A stretch of 26,785 nucleotides of DNA from Candidatus Thorarchaeota archaeon (lineage in GTDB: Archaea; Asgardarchaeota; Thorarchaeia; Thorarchaeales; Thorarchaeaceae), in the NCBI GenBank assembly GCA_020348985.1, contig CP070761.1, forward strand, positions 2,864,121-2,890,905, in the 5' to 3' direction. A program made the translations under genes and the position numbers. Shown here one piece after another: positions 26,785 to 26,785 of the stretch. A model generated the notes under the pieces. It saw only the letters and a list, made by a program, of their open reading frames with translations, made no database searches and had not been told where the DNA came from. How positions within the stretch are numbered: the first letter of the stretch is position 1; each line of letters starts with the position of its first letter.

Positions 26785-26785
26785 C

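Noticed and set aside
1-26785. tRNA, rRNA, CRISPR array, IS element or integrase
   Set aside because: All intergenic gaps are under about 200 nt, and I saw no cloverleaf, repeat-spacer pattern, terminal inverted repeats or transposase motifs.

Overview
Gene-dense archaeal window with no visible rRNA, tRNA, CRISPR array or transposase. It is very probably from an Asgard archaeon, most likely Thorarchaeia. That assignment is an inference from a stand-alone gelsolin-like protein, a 24-residue 'IDLxPL' LRR protein, C-terminally anchored surface proteins, GGTGA-type ribosome-binding sites and TATA-like boxes. The left ~12.5 kb looks accessory. It holds a truncated tannase-like alpha/beta hydrolase missed by the ORF track, a metzincin-like surface protease, two DUF6326-like genes around an alpha/beta hydrolase, two zinc-independent MDR oxidoreductases, a CorA-like 2-TM protein, a flavodoxin and an LVIVD propeller. 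The right part holds adenine deaminase, a tandem pair of Zn-ribbon + B-box-like membrane proteins, a tiny CYSTM-like protein, VIT1/CCC1 + D-cysteine desulfhydrase, a MoxR AAA+/VWA pair, a PNPOx-like protein, a gelsolin-wHTH-LRR gene run and a truncated amidohydrolase. The best candidates for undescribed biology are: (i) the Zn-ribbon/B-box membrane pair with its divergent CYSTM-like microprotein; (ii) the gelsolin-linked wHTH protein carrying a PIP-box-like motif and an NLS-like basic tail; (iii) the VWA protein that begins with an AAA-lid-like segment. All family calls are by motif recognition only; no database searches were run.
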